Positions 52,001-64,000 of a stretch of 64,000 nt of DNA are shown one piece after another (positions within the stretch are counted from its first letter, which is position 1; each line of letters begins with the position of its first letter). Where the stretch lies: NCBI GenBank assembly GCA_050084515.1, contig CM114271.1:28024001-28088000 (forward strand), given 5' to 3'. Position numbers and translations under genes: made by a program. The notes beneath the pieces are model-generated. The model saw only the letters and a list, made by a program, of their open reading frames with translations, made no database searches and was not told where the DNA came from. This stretch comes from Blasia pusilla. Lineage: Eukaryota.

Positions 52001-54685
52001 CCTTCTTGATTGGGAAAAAAATGAGTTAGTCTTTGCTTTCCTATCTACATCTTTCAATCAAGAAGAAAAAAGTCACCCATTTAGACTTTTTTTCATACAT
52101 AAATATGTACTTTGAGAATTGTCCTCAGCTAGACATGCCATATGCCATCATCTCAAACATCCATCACAAACTAGCATAGTGGTTGCACCATGGGTAGATA
52201 AATTTTCCTCCCAACCGAGCTTGAAAATTGAAAATTAAATTAGAATGAGATTACTCTCATTTTTTTGAAAAATAATTCTTGCCTCAACATTCTCTTATTA
52301 TCCTTTTTCATTATTTTCCCAAAATATTATTAAAATTTCCCTCTAAACCAAACCTGAAAATTAAATTGTTGACTATTTTTTCAGCCCTTCAACAAATTAT
52401 TTTTAATTACTAAATGGGAATATATAATGAACATAAGGGAGACTTAAGAATATTTTTTGAATACTAGATGTTTTTAATGAAAGCCAAAACTTAGTACGAA
52501 TCAAAGTTTAAGATATTTACTAAATCCTCCTCATCCAAATTTTTTTTACTATTTTTATGATCAAAATTTGATGAACATTAAAAATAAAAAAATAAAAAAA
52601 TGAAGGAGACTTAGAAAATTTTCATAAAGAATAATAATATATCTCAAAATTAAAATTATTTGTAAGATATAACTATAAACATCTCAATGAAAATATGTTA
52701 AATTTTGCATAAAAAATAAATTGAAGAGATTTTATAAGGAAGATTTATTTTGAAACCTTGCAGAGGTGTCATCCAATTATTTGTACAAAGTTTTTTTTGC
52801 ATTGCAAGGGATAATTCCATCTCCTATTGTTTAAAAGATTTTTGTGATTTGGTTAATGGTCAACACATGTGTAAATAAATCAATTGGATCTCATCTAGAT
52901 TACTATGGGAGAGTACCTTTTCATTTTGAGATCACCTTCTTTTTGACACATGCCTTTTTCGGTCTATACAATCTTTCTCCGTTCAAATCAATATCATCAT
53001 TCAAATTCAATAATATATTTTGGAGGGATAATTCAAATTTATTTTTAATGCGCCCATGACACAGATCAGTTAATAAATTTTTTTGAAACCAAAATTTCCA
53101 AGTGAGAAAATTTAAAAACTTGTGTGATATGAATTTAAAATTAACTAATATTAAAAAATAAAAATAGAAGGAAATAATAAACACCCAAGAATCTCCCATT
53201 TCAGGCACCTAGTCATTTATACGTTTTCTTAAAGCTCCTCTCGTCTCCGCTGTAGGCGGTCCAAATTCGTCGCCTCACCAATGGCCTCACGCATGAACAT
53301 GAAAGCACTGCGTGTTCAACGAAATTTCGCTCAGCCATTCGTTTTAAGGTGAGCGATGACTGTCCCCTCAGGGCAGGCCATCTGCAAAGTAGCAACCACA
53401 CATGTCGAAACGCGAAAACCTGGCACCCGGGAGCGTACTTCTCGTGATATCCGTATTATGGAACATACGGAGTATAGGAGAAACGAAAAGAAATCAATTC
53501 GTGCGGCAGACAAGAGCGATGCTGTGGTGACATTCCACGTTCTGATCCGGCGATGGCTAATGTGTCTTGGTCTGCTAGGTCGCGACAACGATTGTGCCTC
53601 CTACGGTTTGGGGACGGAGCGGGTGGGAGCCTGGGAGGGGATTCGCGGTCGAGGACTCAGGTCTCACCGGGGAAGGGCACTGGGCCCTGCCTGCCCTTCC
53701 CCTCTGATTGATTGAATGCAAAAGCGAGCAAGAAGATCTGGGGGTGTGGATTCAGTTCCCCGAGCACTCAACCAACCGCGGATTTTGGCGTGGAAAGCTT
53801 GCGAAGAGTGAGCGCCAGAGGCCCAGTCCAGACTCCAGACCAAGCGCTTCTGCTATCCGATGCAGGGTGTATATTCATCGGGCCCGGACGAACGGCAGAC
53901 AGTTCTTGCGGTATCTCCCGCTGGAGTCCGGGCATCTCATTCCACGTCCAACCACATAAATGTCCGTGGCACCGTGCAGTGAATCCTTGCGGGAAAAACG
54001 CTTGACCTGGAGAAAGTCGATCTGGTCTCGTGGCGTCCGATTACGAATTTAGGCGTCCTCCGCCCGAGTATTGTCTGTGACTCCTTTCAGATCTGGACTC
54101 TCGAATCGCGCAGCGACCGTGCGAAGCGGAGCAGAGCAGAGCCGAGCCGAGCGGGCGAGGCGAGCCCGGAGGACATAGTGATGTCAGCGACGGCGAATGC
54201 AGAGCACCATACAAATGCTTGTACCTAACCCTGTTCGATGGATACGGTGCTCTCGTCCAGCAAACCTGCTCCCTCCTCTCGACTCTCTGCCCTTTTCCAC
54301 TTCGTCTCCCTCTCGCTGCGCTGCTCGATCACATAATTCCATCGCCTCGCTGCTCGAAAATCTCAACCAATCCATCGATCGATCGAATACCGACGCTACT
54401 GCACCGATCGCCATTTGTTCATTAGCCCCGTCCGTTCGCATTGCACTCGCGCGTGAGGACTACCACTGCACATGCGTTCACCTATCAAGCTGAGTTGTAC
54501 AGACGAGATTATGCATGTCAAATTCCCAAGATCATGGGGAAGATCACTTTTTACGGCATTTCCACCCGATATAGGCCAAATTAATTCGGCTTTCTATTTC
54601 CGAGGATTCTCTCTGGCGATTTGCCGAATTGTGCTTGCGAATGAATCAAATCTTCCTTTCCCTCCTCCTTCGTCACCGTCAATCC

Positions 54686-54850
54686 GCCTCCTTTCCTACT
54701 ATTTAATTCATCTTCCTTTATACTACTATTAATCCTTATTTTATCTTGATTTATATCTACACTAGCCCGTTTCAACTTGCCTCCTTTCCTACTATTTAAT
54801 TCATCTTCTTTTATACTACTATTAATTTATCTTGATTTATATCTATATCC
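54686..54850. repeat. ~70-bp direct duplication
   Basis: GCCTCCTTTCCTACTATTTAATTCATCTTC...TATACTACTATTAAT...TTATCTTGATTTATATCTA occurs twice. Confidence 0.85.
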
Positions 54851-56709
54851 TATTCAAATGTGAATAGGTTCAATTTTGAATAGGATAGCTTTATTCGCAA
54901 TTGAATCGAACAATCTTACCGGTTTAGATAGCGAACGACTCTATTGGTTGAAAAGGACATACGTCAAGAGGAAAAATGATTTCATAATGAGAAAAACAAT
55001 CTCCGATTGTTATAAGATCTATATTATTATAAGAGAAACCCTTCTCAGATTTTGACACATATCCTCTTAGGTCTCCTATGGTGTCTCACATATATCACAT
55101 TGAGAGAGGGAGTTAATTAAGGATAGATAATAAAAGAAATTAAGTATCATGCGCATAGCACATGCATCGGCTAGTAGACTATTAAAGACGGATGGGGATT
55201 ACTATTATAAGTAGGAAGGAACAAAAATTTCATTTCTATAAGAAACCGTGGCACTAAAATTAAGAACTCAACTTTATGGACTTGGGGTATGGTAATTTCT
55301 TTCATCCACACATATGTGTAGGAAACTCAGGCTACTTTCATCCACACAATTATGCAAGTGTCATTGGTTACAACTATAATTTTGTGAGGTAGTTGGAATA
55401 CTCAATTTACACGCGTGGTCATGTGTGGATGGTTACAATAGTAACATTTGTATAACTGTAGGTAGGAGGAGGTAGAAGGGAAGATTAACTTTGGAGCTCG
55501 GAAGTTGGCATTGTGAATGGAAGTGGAGGGAGAGCAAAATGGATCAACTAAAAGTTGGTAGGGCGTAATTAGGGAGAACGCGTTTGAGTAAAATTTTACC
55601 CCATATCTCCCCTTCTTTACTTTGAACAAATTGAATGGAACTTTTATGATGGTATATTCTATGGGTCGAGAGTTCCAAGTTTATGGAAATTGGAAATTTT
55701 CTAGAGAGACTGTGCCAAAGAGAGGTCAAGTTCATTTTGTAAGGAAATAAACTTAAGGTGGTTTCACTCCCTCAAAATAATTTAGGAGACTTGCAGACGT
55801 CCTCGTGAAGTCATGTCTATCAACATTTTGCACACCGGGAGCAAGATTGCACGGAAATGGGCATGTCCGAACAAGTTTGGACATGCCCAACGGATACCCA
55901 CTGAGGTTTTCCCGGTACTATGGTGGCCCTCCCAGGCTCGAGATGCGTGAAGGGGTGCACACTTAGATTAAAGGATGCAAGCAAGAATTGCCCCGCACGT
56001 AGCCCGCATTGGGCCGTAGGGTCCTATGCCTTAACTATGAGGTTCTTGTACCCTAACAACTTCTTATAATCACAACTTTGCATTCGCCTTGTGGGCACGT
56101 AGTCCGAGTTATGTCTAATCGACTATGCTTTGCTACGATATTCAACAATATCGTTGAATTTTTATAGAGATAAGCTATGGGAATAGCTTATCTCTATAAC
56201 AATTGTCTCTTAATGGACCGACCAATTTTTTTCAGGTCCTTCCACTTATTCTTCTTTCTTTCAGATAAATGGGAAAAACACAAAAAGGATGGGCCAATCG
56301 GGGAAATTCGTTAGAAGAGATCAGGGAGATTGTTAGATTATTACATGAAGACGTTCAATTTTTCTTGCTAACCCATTGATAACAATAATGTCCAATCGAG
56401 TTTAGAGTACTCCTTGTCATCTCGTACGTATCCAAGATTTTTTAGATTAAAATAAAGGTTCATTCTTTAACTGTAATCCATGAATTTCCATACACTATCT
56501 ACATTGATTTTCCACTCTTATTCCCGATGGATTGGATACACATTATGCCTTTTGGAGAGTCTCAATATAATAAGATTACCTTAGGATTCAATCCATGGAT
56601 TTCATCCGAGATTTCATCATTCTTTGATTGTATCAATTCACTCAAGACATAATGTTACATATCATAACTTTATCTGATCTAATTGCCATACAACTCGCTC
56701 AATATGTGC

Positions 56710-57347
56710 TATCACGTCTTTTAGGATAGATCGGTGAGATCTAGTAGAACGCCTTCATGAGTAGGTCAAGGATGACCTGCTAAGGCCCAGAAAAAACCCG
56801 AGAGAGCAGGTTTCTCCTTTGTTTCGGCTCATTTGGAGCCATATTGAGAAACTTACTATTTTTGGTAAGTATTATTTTGAGTATATGATCGACTTTATAT
56901 TTTTGGTAAGTGACCCTTGACCTCCTATATCAAGTCAAGAGCCAAGGAGGTGCCTTGGGAGCATAGGTTATCATGGAGAGAACTTGGGAGAGGGGAGGTA
57001 TATACCTCAAGGAGAGAGAGCTTGAGAGCTCATACTCCCTTTGTTGAACCTCTTGGCATGAGGCGGCGGAGCTATGGTCTTGCTTGCCTTGTGTGTGTAA
57101 CCCAAGCCTCTCATTAGGAAAGTGGGTTTGGTTTGACATTGAGAGAGACATGTGAGAGTGCACACATTTGAGAGCTACGGTGTTGAGAGGGATTGGATCT
57201 TATTTTATTGGAGATATATTTTGGTACTTCTTGTCTTCTTGTTTGGATGCCATGAGTTAGCATAGGATCGTGCGTATTTTGTGTGTGTGTGTGTGTGTGT
57301 TTGGTGACAGGGATGTATGTTATGTAGCGATGTGTATGCGCACGACA
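56710..57347. mobile_element. Solo LTR-like element, family B, inverted relative to 39758-40403
   Basis: Reverse-complement similarity over the full length; termini TA(TG)...CA; flanks GTGC/GTGA, a degraded 4-bp TSD. Confidence 0.85.
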
Positions 57348-57792
57348 GTGAACAAAAAACTGAATGAATTTGCAAGGTTTATTTCAACTGGCATATAATG
57401 TATAAGATGCGTCACTTTGGAGAGTCTGATTGTGGTACGATTATGGTCTGATTGTATGATGTCAATTCATTGTACCGGCATTCCAACTAGTGGCTACATA
57501 TTTTATCTTACTTTTTATTACTATTTATTTTACCATGTTATAATCTTGTCTTATTGGTATTTTACCACATTCCATAACATTTACATGTCTTATCATTGAT
57601 GATGATATATTCTTATAAGAGATCAACCGAAGTGTTCTAGAGATTTCTTTTCTAAGAATGTGAACAAATTTGAGTCTGTTTGTGATACGCAAAGGAGTTA
57701 GTTGATCCATACTCTATGAGTCTTATCAAATAAATTTTTAAGTGTTGAGAAATATGTCACTGCCACTCTACATTGTCTTGCCATATCTGATC

Positions 57793-58522
57793 AAATGGTA
57801 AATGGTAAATAGATCAAGCCCGTTGGTCCCAAAGGATCAAAAGGCTAAAAAACACTTTACAAGTATTACACCAACTCGGAAAAAGACCCTAAAGCCTTCT
57901 CCTAGTTAATTCCTAGAGCTTTTGAGCGATGAATAATGATATCTCTAATATAACAACTTAAATCATAAGGCACAAGTTGTAGTAAAAAATACAAATTCTC
58001 CACATCTATTTTATGAGCCAGTCTAATCTCTTTCATACCTTGGATACGTAACAAACATATGCTCTTCATCCTCAATACTTTCTCCGTCACATAATCTACA
58101 AATTCGTTCTTTTCTATCAATGTTGAGGCAACGTCTTTCTTCAATTCCTAGTCTATGAGACCCATTTCTATGTCGTGTGATAATATGACGTAACAACGTG
58201 GAGATCCCCACAAATAGGTATCATTGTTCACAATATACAAGCATAGGATTAACATGAAGTTGATAAAACTCCATTTTTTTGCCCGCGCTCCTCTAAATAA
58301 TGTTGAGAAATTTCTTCTATAGATGGTCGTGGAGTGCCATCGGTTTCAGGTCCTAATCTTGTTCCATCACATTCCACTTTGAAGACCAAGTCACCACATC
58401 GGCAATACATCCCATGGAACGTGTGGCTTGTACAACTTGACGAGGGAGATGAGAAACATCAAGAGATCTCAGCCTTGCAATATAAGTGATGGTCAAATAG
58501 AGAGCTTCAACTTCTAGAGGAA
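57793..58522 (-). mobile_element. 3' fragment of RTE-X-like LINE family 2
   Basis: Reverse complement of ~24580-25308, including GSHRLGIEE...ICRLC...DEEH and the CATTTAC tail. Confidence 0.9.
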
Positions 58523-58829
58523 TAGTAGGCATTGGCGAGCTCTTTGGTATTGAACCATTTATAATTGTGAGGTTTGTCAAAAGAATCATTGATGCACTCA
58601 TATATGAAGTGGTTTATGGGATGTGAAGTTGGTCAAGAAGAAAGCATGTGAGAGGGTAGAATTTGCATTTAAAGCACAACATGGATTTTTTAATTTTTGT
58701 GATGCAATCGATGTCGCTTTTTTTCTTCATGGAACTAAATGAAAATCCATAATACAATACATGTAGTCCTTAAAAGAAATCTTGCAAGGCTTGCAAGTTA
58801 GTTTTTGATTCAAGACTATGGGTCCTAGA

Positions 58830-59811
58830 TCTCATGATCCTGATAGCCAAACGTGTGCTAATATGGAAAATCAAAACTCTAGTGGGCTCACACTATGATG
58901 AAAGTGCATCAGATTCTCTTGAATGAGCCATAAGTTGTAGAAGCAAGACGCAAGCATTTTTGAGCATCTCAAGTGATGATAATGGTAACCTAGCTAGTAG
59001 AACAACACCAAACGTCAAACATGACTTGAGCTCCTCTCAAGTCCCACAAGATTTGGGTGCTAAGGGAATTGCAACCTCACTTGGAACTTGATGAATTTTT
59101 TGGGGGTTCTTCATGTTTGAAGCCATAACGACTAGATCCAATATGTGTTTGGGATGAGAAAGATGACATTGGAAAGCTTGCAAAAAAATAATTCTAATGC
59201 ACTAAAGATCTAGAAAAATGCATGAGCAAATATTGAGAATTGAAACCATCCCTAAGCTATCGGAGGTGGAGATCTCTAGAATTATTATTAGAGGAAGGGT
59301 CTCCAAGGGAGTTTGAGACTTGAACCCCATCTTAGGGAATTGTGGGGGTGAACGAAAGGCACAAGATGGATCGAGAGGTTGGCTTCAAGGTGTGGACACC
59401 GAGCCAAGTCTAAGGGAATTAATTATGGATATCAACCTTGTAATTGGACTTTGACCCATAACTCAAGTATTGGGTCCCGGCTAGAGATTTGTTCAAGGTC
59501 AATTGATTAGTTGGGATTGCCAAGTGTCTTAGCGTCGTTTTAGGTTCTTGGACTATCAAGAAAGTCCGTCCCAAATCTTGAAGGACTTACTTATGTTAGG
59601 GAGTAAGGGGTTAGGTCGATATCTCACCATGCCTAGATGTGATAAGCTGAAGGGATAGCTCCGGTCGGGAACTTGGGAGATTTAAGATTGTTTGACCCAA
59701 AAAGTGGCAAATGTAAGCGTGTTTAGGTATATCAGTAACGAGAACGTGATATGCTCAACTTAAGCTCAGCAATACATGAGACCAATATTCAAGAGGAGTA
59801 AGCGATCGATA
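58830..59811 (-). mobile_element. Diverged near-full-length solo LTR family A
   Basis: Both ends and internal patches align by eye to the reverse complement of 14623-15625 (e.g. GTTTGACCCAAA, TTCAAGAGGAGTAAGC). Confidence 0.7.
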
Positions 59812-62342
59812 CCATATGTGTTTGTTGGATATTCAAATTCTATTAATGAGATTTCCAAACTTCGAATTCTAAAAGTGAGGCCTCTCAGCAAATTCATACT
59901 GGAGCGCCCTAGGTAGGTCTTTAATTCCTCTAAGAAATGGTGAGAGAATTCATGGTATCTTATTGATGATGTAGAATATATGTGGTGGATATCCATTCTT
60001 CTCATAGCCTATAGTTTTTTTTTTTATCATGGATCACCCATCGGATAAAAATATACTTGAAACCATAACCTTTCTCCAAAGAATTAAGCAACACAAGATG
60101 GGATGAGATATCATGATGCTTATTTCAAGCATGTAATGCCAAGAGCTCCATAATGATTTGAAAAATTCAATAAATTTGTATACTTATATAAACCCATAAC
60201 ATATTCATATATACGTTTAACATCCCTCATACATAAACCATTAAAAAAACTTCAATAAATTTATTCATATTAAACATGAGTACTTCTATGAATTAGTTTT
60301 CAAGATGTCCCTTAAGAGATGCTACCAAGGATAGAGAATAATGCTTGAGATATCATTTTGAGAGCATGTGCATTCTATTGTAGGACTTGTAGGTCCTTTT
60401 TTTTGGTTTGAAATCCTCTTTCTAACGATGATCCATAATGTCTATCATGCAATTTGTGGATTGCTTCATGGCGTGGCCTATGGAGCTTTTATGTTAACAT
60501 TTTCCTCTAATCTCATTACCGAGGCTCATCCTTTTCTTAGTTCTCTCTTCAAGTATAGAGATATTATAAGTGCTTAAATGTACATTACCATATAAGACCA
60601 AAAATTTGATTAATTTAATTTAAAATCTCCTATTCCAATAAATATCATAGGAAAGAAAAATAATTTCAACTACCTCAAATGACAAAGAAAAAAATATTCC
60701 AAGTACTTGGAGAAGATGGAAACATTAAATTGAAACCAAGAGGGTTGGTAAATATCCCTTTTGAACCCAAAGGGATCTCACATGACTCCACTCATATCTT
60801 AACATACTACAAATTAATTAGATCCCTTACATACGTCACCCATGATGTTAAGCAAAAAAATAAACACTGTCATTCATATCCCTCATTGGGGGCTCCAAGG
60901 GGATCATAATATGTAGGCATCTACATCACTTCTTACGTTTTAAGATCTGGGCCCTCTAACTTTAAAGCCCCCAAAAAGGTTTTACTTCCCTTTCTTACTT
61001 AGAAATGTCCCAAATCCAAAAATGTCGACCGCGAAAATTTTCAAGTTAACTTTACAAAAGAATTGAAAAACCCTTGGAAGTAAAGAGACTCCTGTTTCTA
61101 GCAACCATGTTCATGAATAGGATATAATACCTCCTATCAATTACAACAACCAACTCTTGGATAAAGGAGAATCAAACCCCTGAATGAGCATACTCATTCA
61201 AGGGTTTGGGATAAAGAGTTTATACATGTAAAGTCATTGTGCAATCCATCACCCCCTAGTCTATCCCCTACACCCCCTACACCCACTACAACCAACTCGA
61301 TGATGCAGGGAAATTGAACCCATGAATAAGTATATATTCATTATACCACTCCATCACCCCCCCCTCCCATACCCACTTATCATATCAATCAATAAACAAA
61401 AATGCTCACTCACTAAAAAATGGAACTCAAAATTATGCTAAGCATATATATGCATATCTCAAAAGAATAAATATTTCATTGTGTATATGCATAGCTTTCC
61501 TATCAATAAAATATAATACATAGATGCGCGTAAGCCCTTTTTTAATAGTTAATATTATATTCAATATTATTATCTCAATATCAGCCTATTATAAATCAAT
61601 GTATCATATGTGAATTAAGATTTTTGTTATTTATGGGTTTATACCAATTGAATATGTTGTGCACATACACATCACTATACAATTCACATCCACACCACAC
61701 CACACAACACCAATATTCCAAATACACTGGTAGATGCACACACATAAAAAATTTCCCTCTATGTCTTCACATTCATGAGAGTCCCCTTCTCTCCATGGCC
61801 CTACTATGGTAAGGAGGTAGGATTAGGAATTTCCCTCTCCATGAAATAAAACACTTCCCGCCCCTTTTCACTCATACTTCTCCACTCCATCAACAATACT
61901 TATGACTAGTCTCACCCCTTGCACGGTGCAAGAGGGGTGACATTATTTTAAGTTAGGTCTTAGATAGAGCAAAAGAGATAGTTCCAAATCCATTTGGGTC
62001 AAAAGTAAGGGTAATAAATCTATACTATTATCAAAAAAATTGGGGGTTTTGTAATAAGTAAAGGGGAAAAAATATAAACTTTATAAGTCTATCTATAATT
62101 AAGAAGTGAAGCTAACTATTAAAAAAATTATTTTACGTTAAGAGACGAAAGCCTACTTTTTCCTAGGAATTTAATCGGTTAACTAAAGGTGAAGTGCTCT
62201 CAATTTTTGCTCGTAGGGGCTTTGCACTATGTTCACATGACATTGGTTAGTTACATGTGTTATTGTGTTAGGAGAGGTGCTATTGTATCTACACAAATGT
62301 GTGATAATTATGAGAGGTACTTTAGTATAACTCCGGGTACCT

Positions 62343-62425
62343 GCACATCCAAAGTTGGAGTTGGGGAGCTTGCACAACCAAAGTTGGAGTTGGGAAACCT
62401 ACACAACCAAAGGAGTTGCAGTTGT
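62343..62425. repeat. 29-bp tandem repeat, about 2.5 copies
   Basis: GCACA(T/A)CCAAAGTTGGAGTTGGG repeated head to tail. Confidence 0.8.
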
Positions 62426-62484
62426 GGGTGGAGGTGAATTGGAGCTCTCTGTGGAGGTGAAATTAAAGTTGTGGGCTGAGGGAA

Positions 62485-62617
<133 letters not shown>

Positions 62618-63805
62618 ACGAGTGATTTTGGATCAATTGCCGTTTCGTATGGTCCTGAGACATCTTAGAGCCGAAACCTCGTACGTATGTCTTGGACTTT
62701 TCATTCAATAAAATACTCGCTTTTGAGTCAAGTTAGAACGTCATGAGATATTAGAATCCAAGATCCAACCTCTTTACCAAGAAGATTTATCTTACCGGGA
62801 AAATTTACTCCCACTATGGAGGGCCAAGTGCTTCTCAAGTTTCGAGGTCATCCTAGGAGATAAGTACTAGCCTATGGGACCTTAGACTCCCACACTCCTT
62901 TCTGAAATTTTAAAAAATAATAAAATTTATAATTATCTTGTTTTTTTACTTTTTTATTTCTTCTTTTTACTACTTCATTTTTTCTTTATTTTCTTATAAT
63001 GTCTACTTTGGTTTCTATTTTTATTTAAATATAAGTGATAAAATTTTCTTTGGTTGCAACAAACACTTATTAATTATACAGAGTGATCCTAGGGTTAGTC
63101 ATGTCAAGTCTCTCGTCGACATGTAAGGGGCCTATAATTGTGAAAACAATTGTAGCAAATGGAAGCCCTGAATATTTGATAGAGAGACTTGAGGAGCATA
63201 GATTTTGTTTGTCTTGCTTTCAACGAAAATGAAAACTACTTCATTTACATCCTAACTTCTCCACTCGTACCTCTAATGTTTCATTGACTTTGAGGAGGCT
63301 AGGGAAGTTCAGAAAGGCCATGATATTGTAGGTACACTCATAGTGATGAGAGATACTCTATAGATATATGCTTTCGTCTTAAAGAACATGACGATGCAAA
63401 ATATTCTTCCACTTCTCTCTATTATTTAGAGGGATGGTATGTAGGTGATCGGAGGTCGTAAAAGTATCTAGCGATGGCTATGCTCCAATACATGTGTTTG
63501 ATGTTGAGGTAGAAAATCAGTACGTGATAGTATCGATCGAGGATATAAGGCAATAGCTCGATGAGAGTGTATCTAGAGTTGTATCAACTCCGTTAGTAGG
63601 ACATATTTATCCATGTATTAACATTGAGCCATCCCAAGGTGAGGAGGATGAAGGAGATACATGTTAAACTAATATTATATTCCTTCTTATGAGCGTATAT
63701 CTTCTAGCTGCTCATTTGTACAAGATGCCTTAGGTTTTGGGTCGAGGGCTCTAAGGAGTGGTCGTACTAATAACTCAAATGACTCAAATTAAATGATTAT
63801 TGCTG

Positions 63806-63892
63806 ACATTTTATATTTCATCAAGATAATGAATCTACTATCAAATGACTCATTTGATAGTAGATTCATTATCTTGATGAAATATAAAATGT
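63806..63892. repeat. Perfect 87-bp palindrome (43-bp arms, 1-nt spacer)
   Basis: 63806-63848 is the exact reverse complement of 63850-63892; centre ATGA-C-TCAT. Confidence 0.97.
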
Positions 63893-64000
63893 AATAAACT
63901 TTCCACTCTAGGTAAGATATCAATGTAAAAGTTAAGTTTGTTATATAGTTCTATTATTCCATAAGTGTATATTTATAAATGTTAATTCATATTGAAATTT

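Noticed and set aside
62343-62425. 29-bp repeats suggestive of a CRISPR array
   Set aside because: Head-to-tail with no unique spacers, fewer than three copies, eukaryotic context and no cas genes.

Overview
Eukaryotic, transposon-dominated land-plant genomic DNA. The RTE-X-type LINEs suggest a non-seed plant, but the species cannot be determined from sequence. About 40 kb (1-40492) is a nest of mobile elements. An older CACTA/En-Spm element (right TIR at 40492, left end not seen) contains an RTE-X-like LINE, which is interrupted by a full-length Ty1/copia (8356-13341, TSD AGGCT) and a 1-kb solo LTR. It also contains a complete 18.2-kb CACTA (20678-38893, TIR CACTAGAA, TSD CAT). The inner CACTA carries decayed TnpD and TnpA genes and captured host fragments (BAT1-like permease, scrambled SAUL1/PUB44-like ARM gene). 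Just upstream of its transposase is a small gene for an EDM2-like multi-PHD module whose N-terminus reads MARSKLQAKKAPK, resembling the histone H3 tail. This is the best candidate for an undescribed system: a transposon-encoded histone mimic plus chromatin reader, pseudogenised in this copy. The only intact host gene is an intronless F-box/Kelch-type gene (44868-46259). Two GC-rich islands without recognisable ORFs, further solo LTRs, a truncated LINE, long (GA)n tracts and an 87-bp perfect palindrome make up the rest. All protein family calls are from recalled motifs, not database searches.
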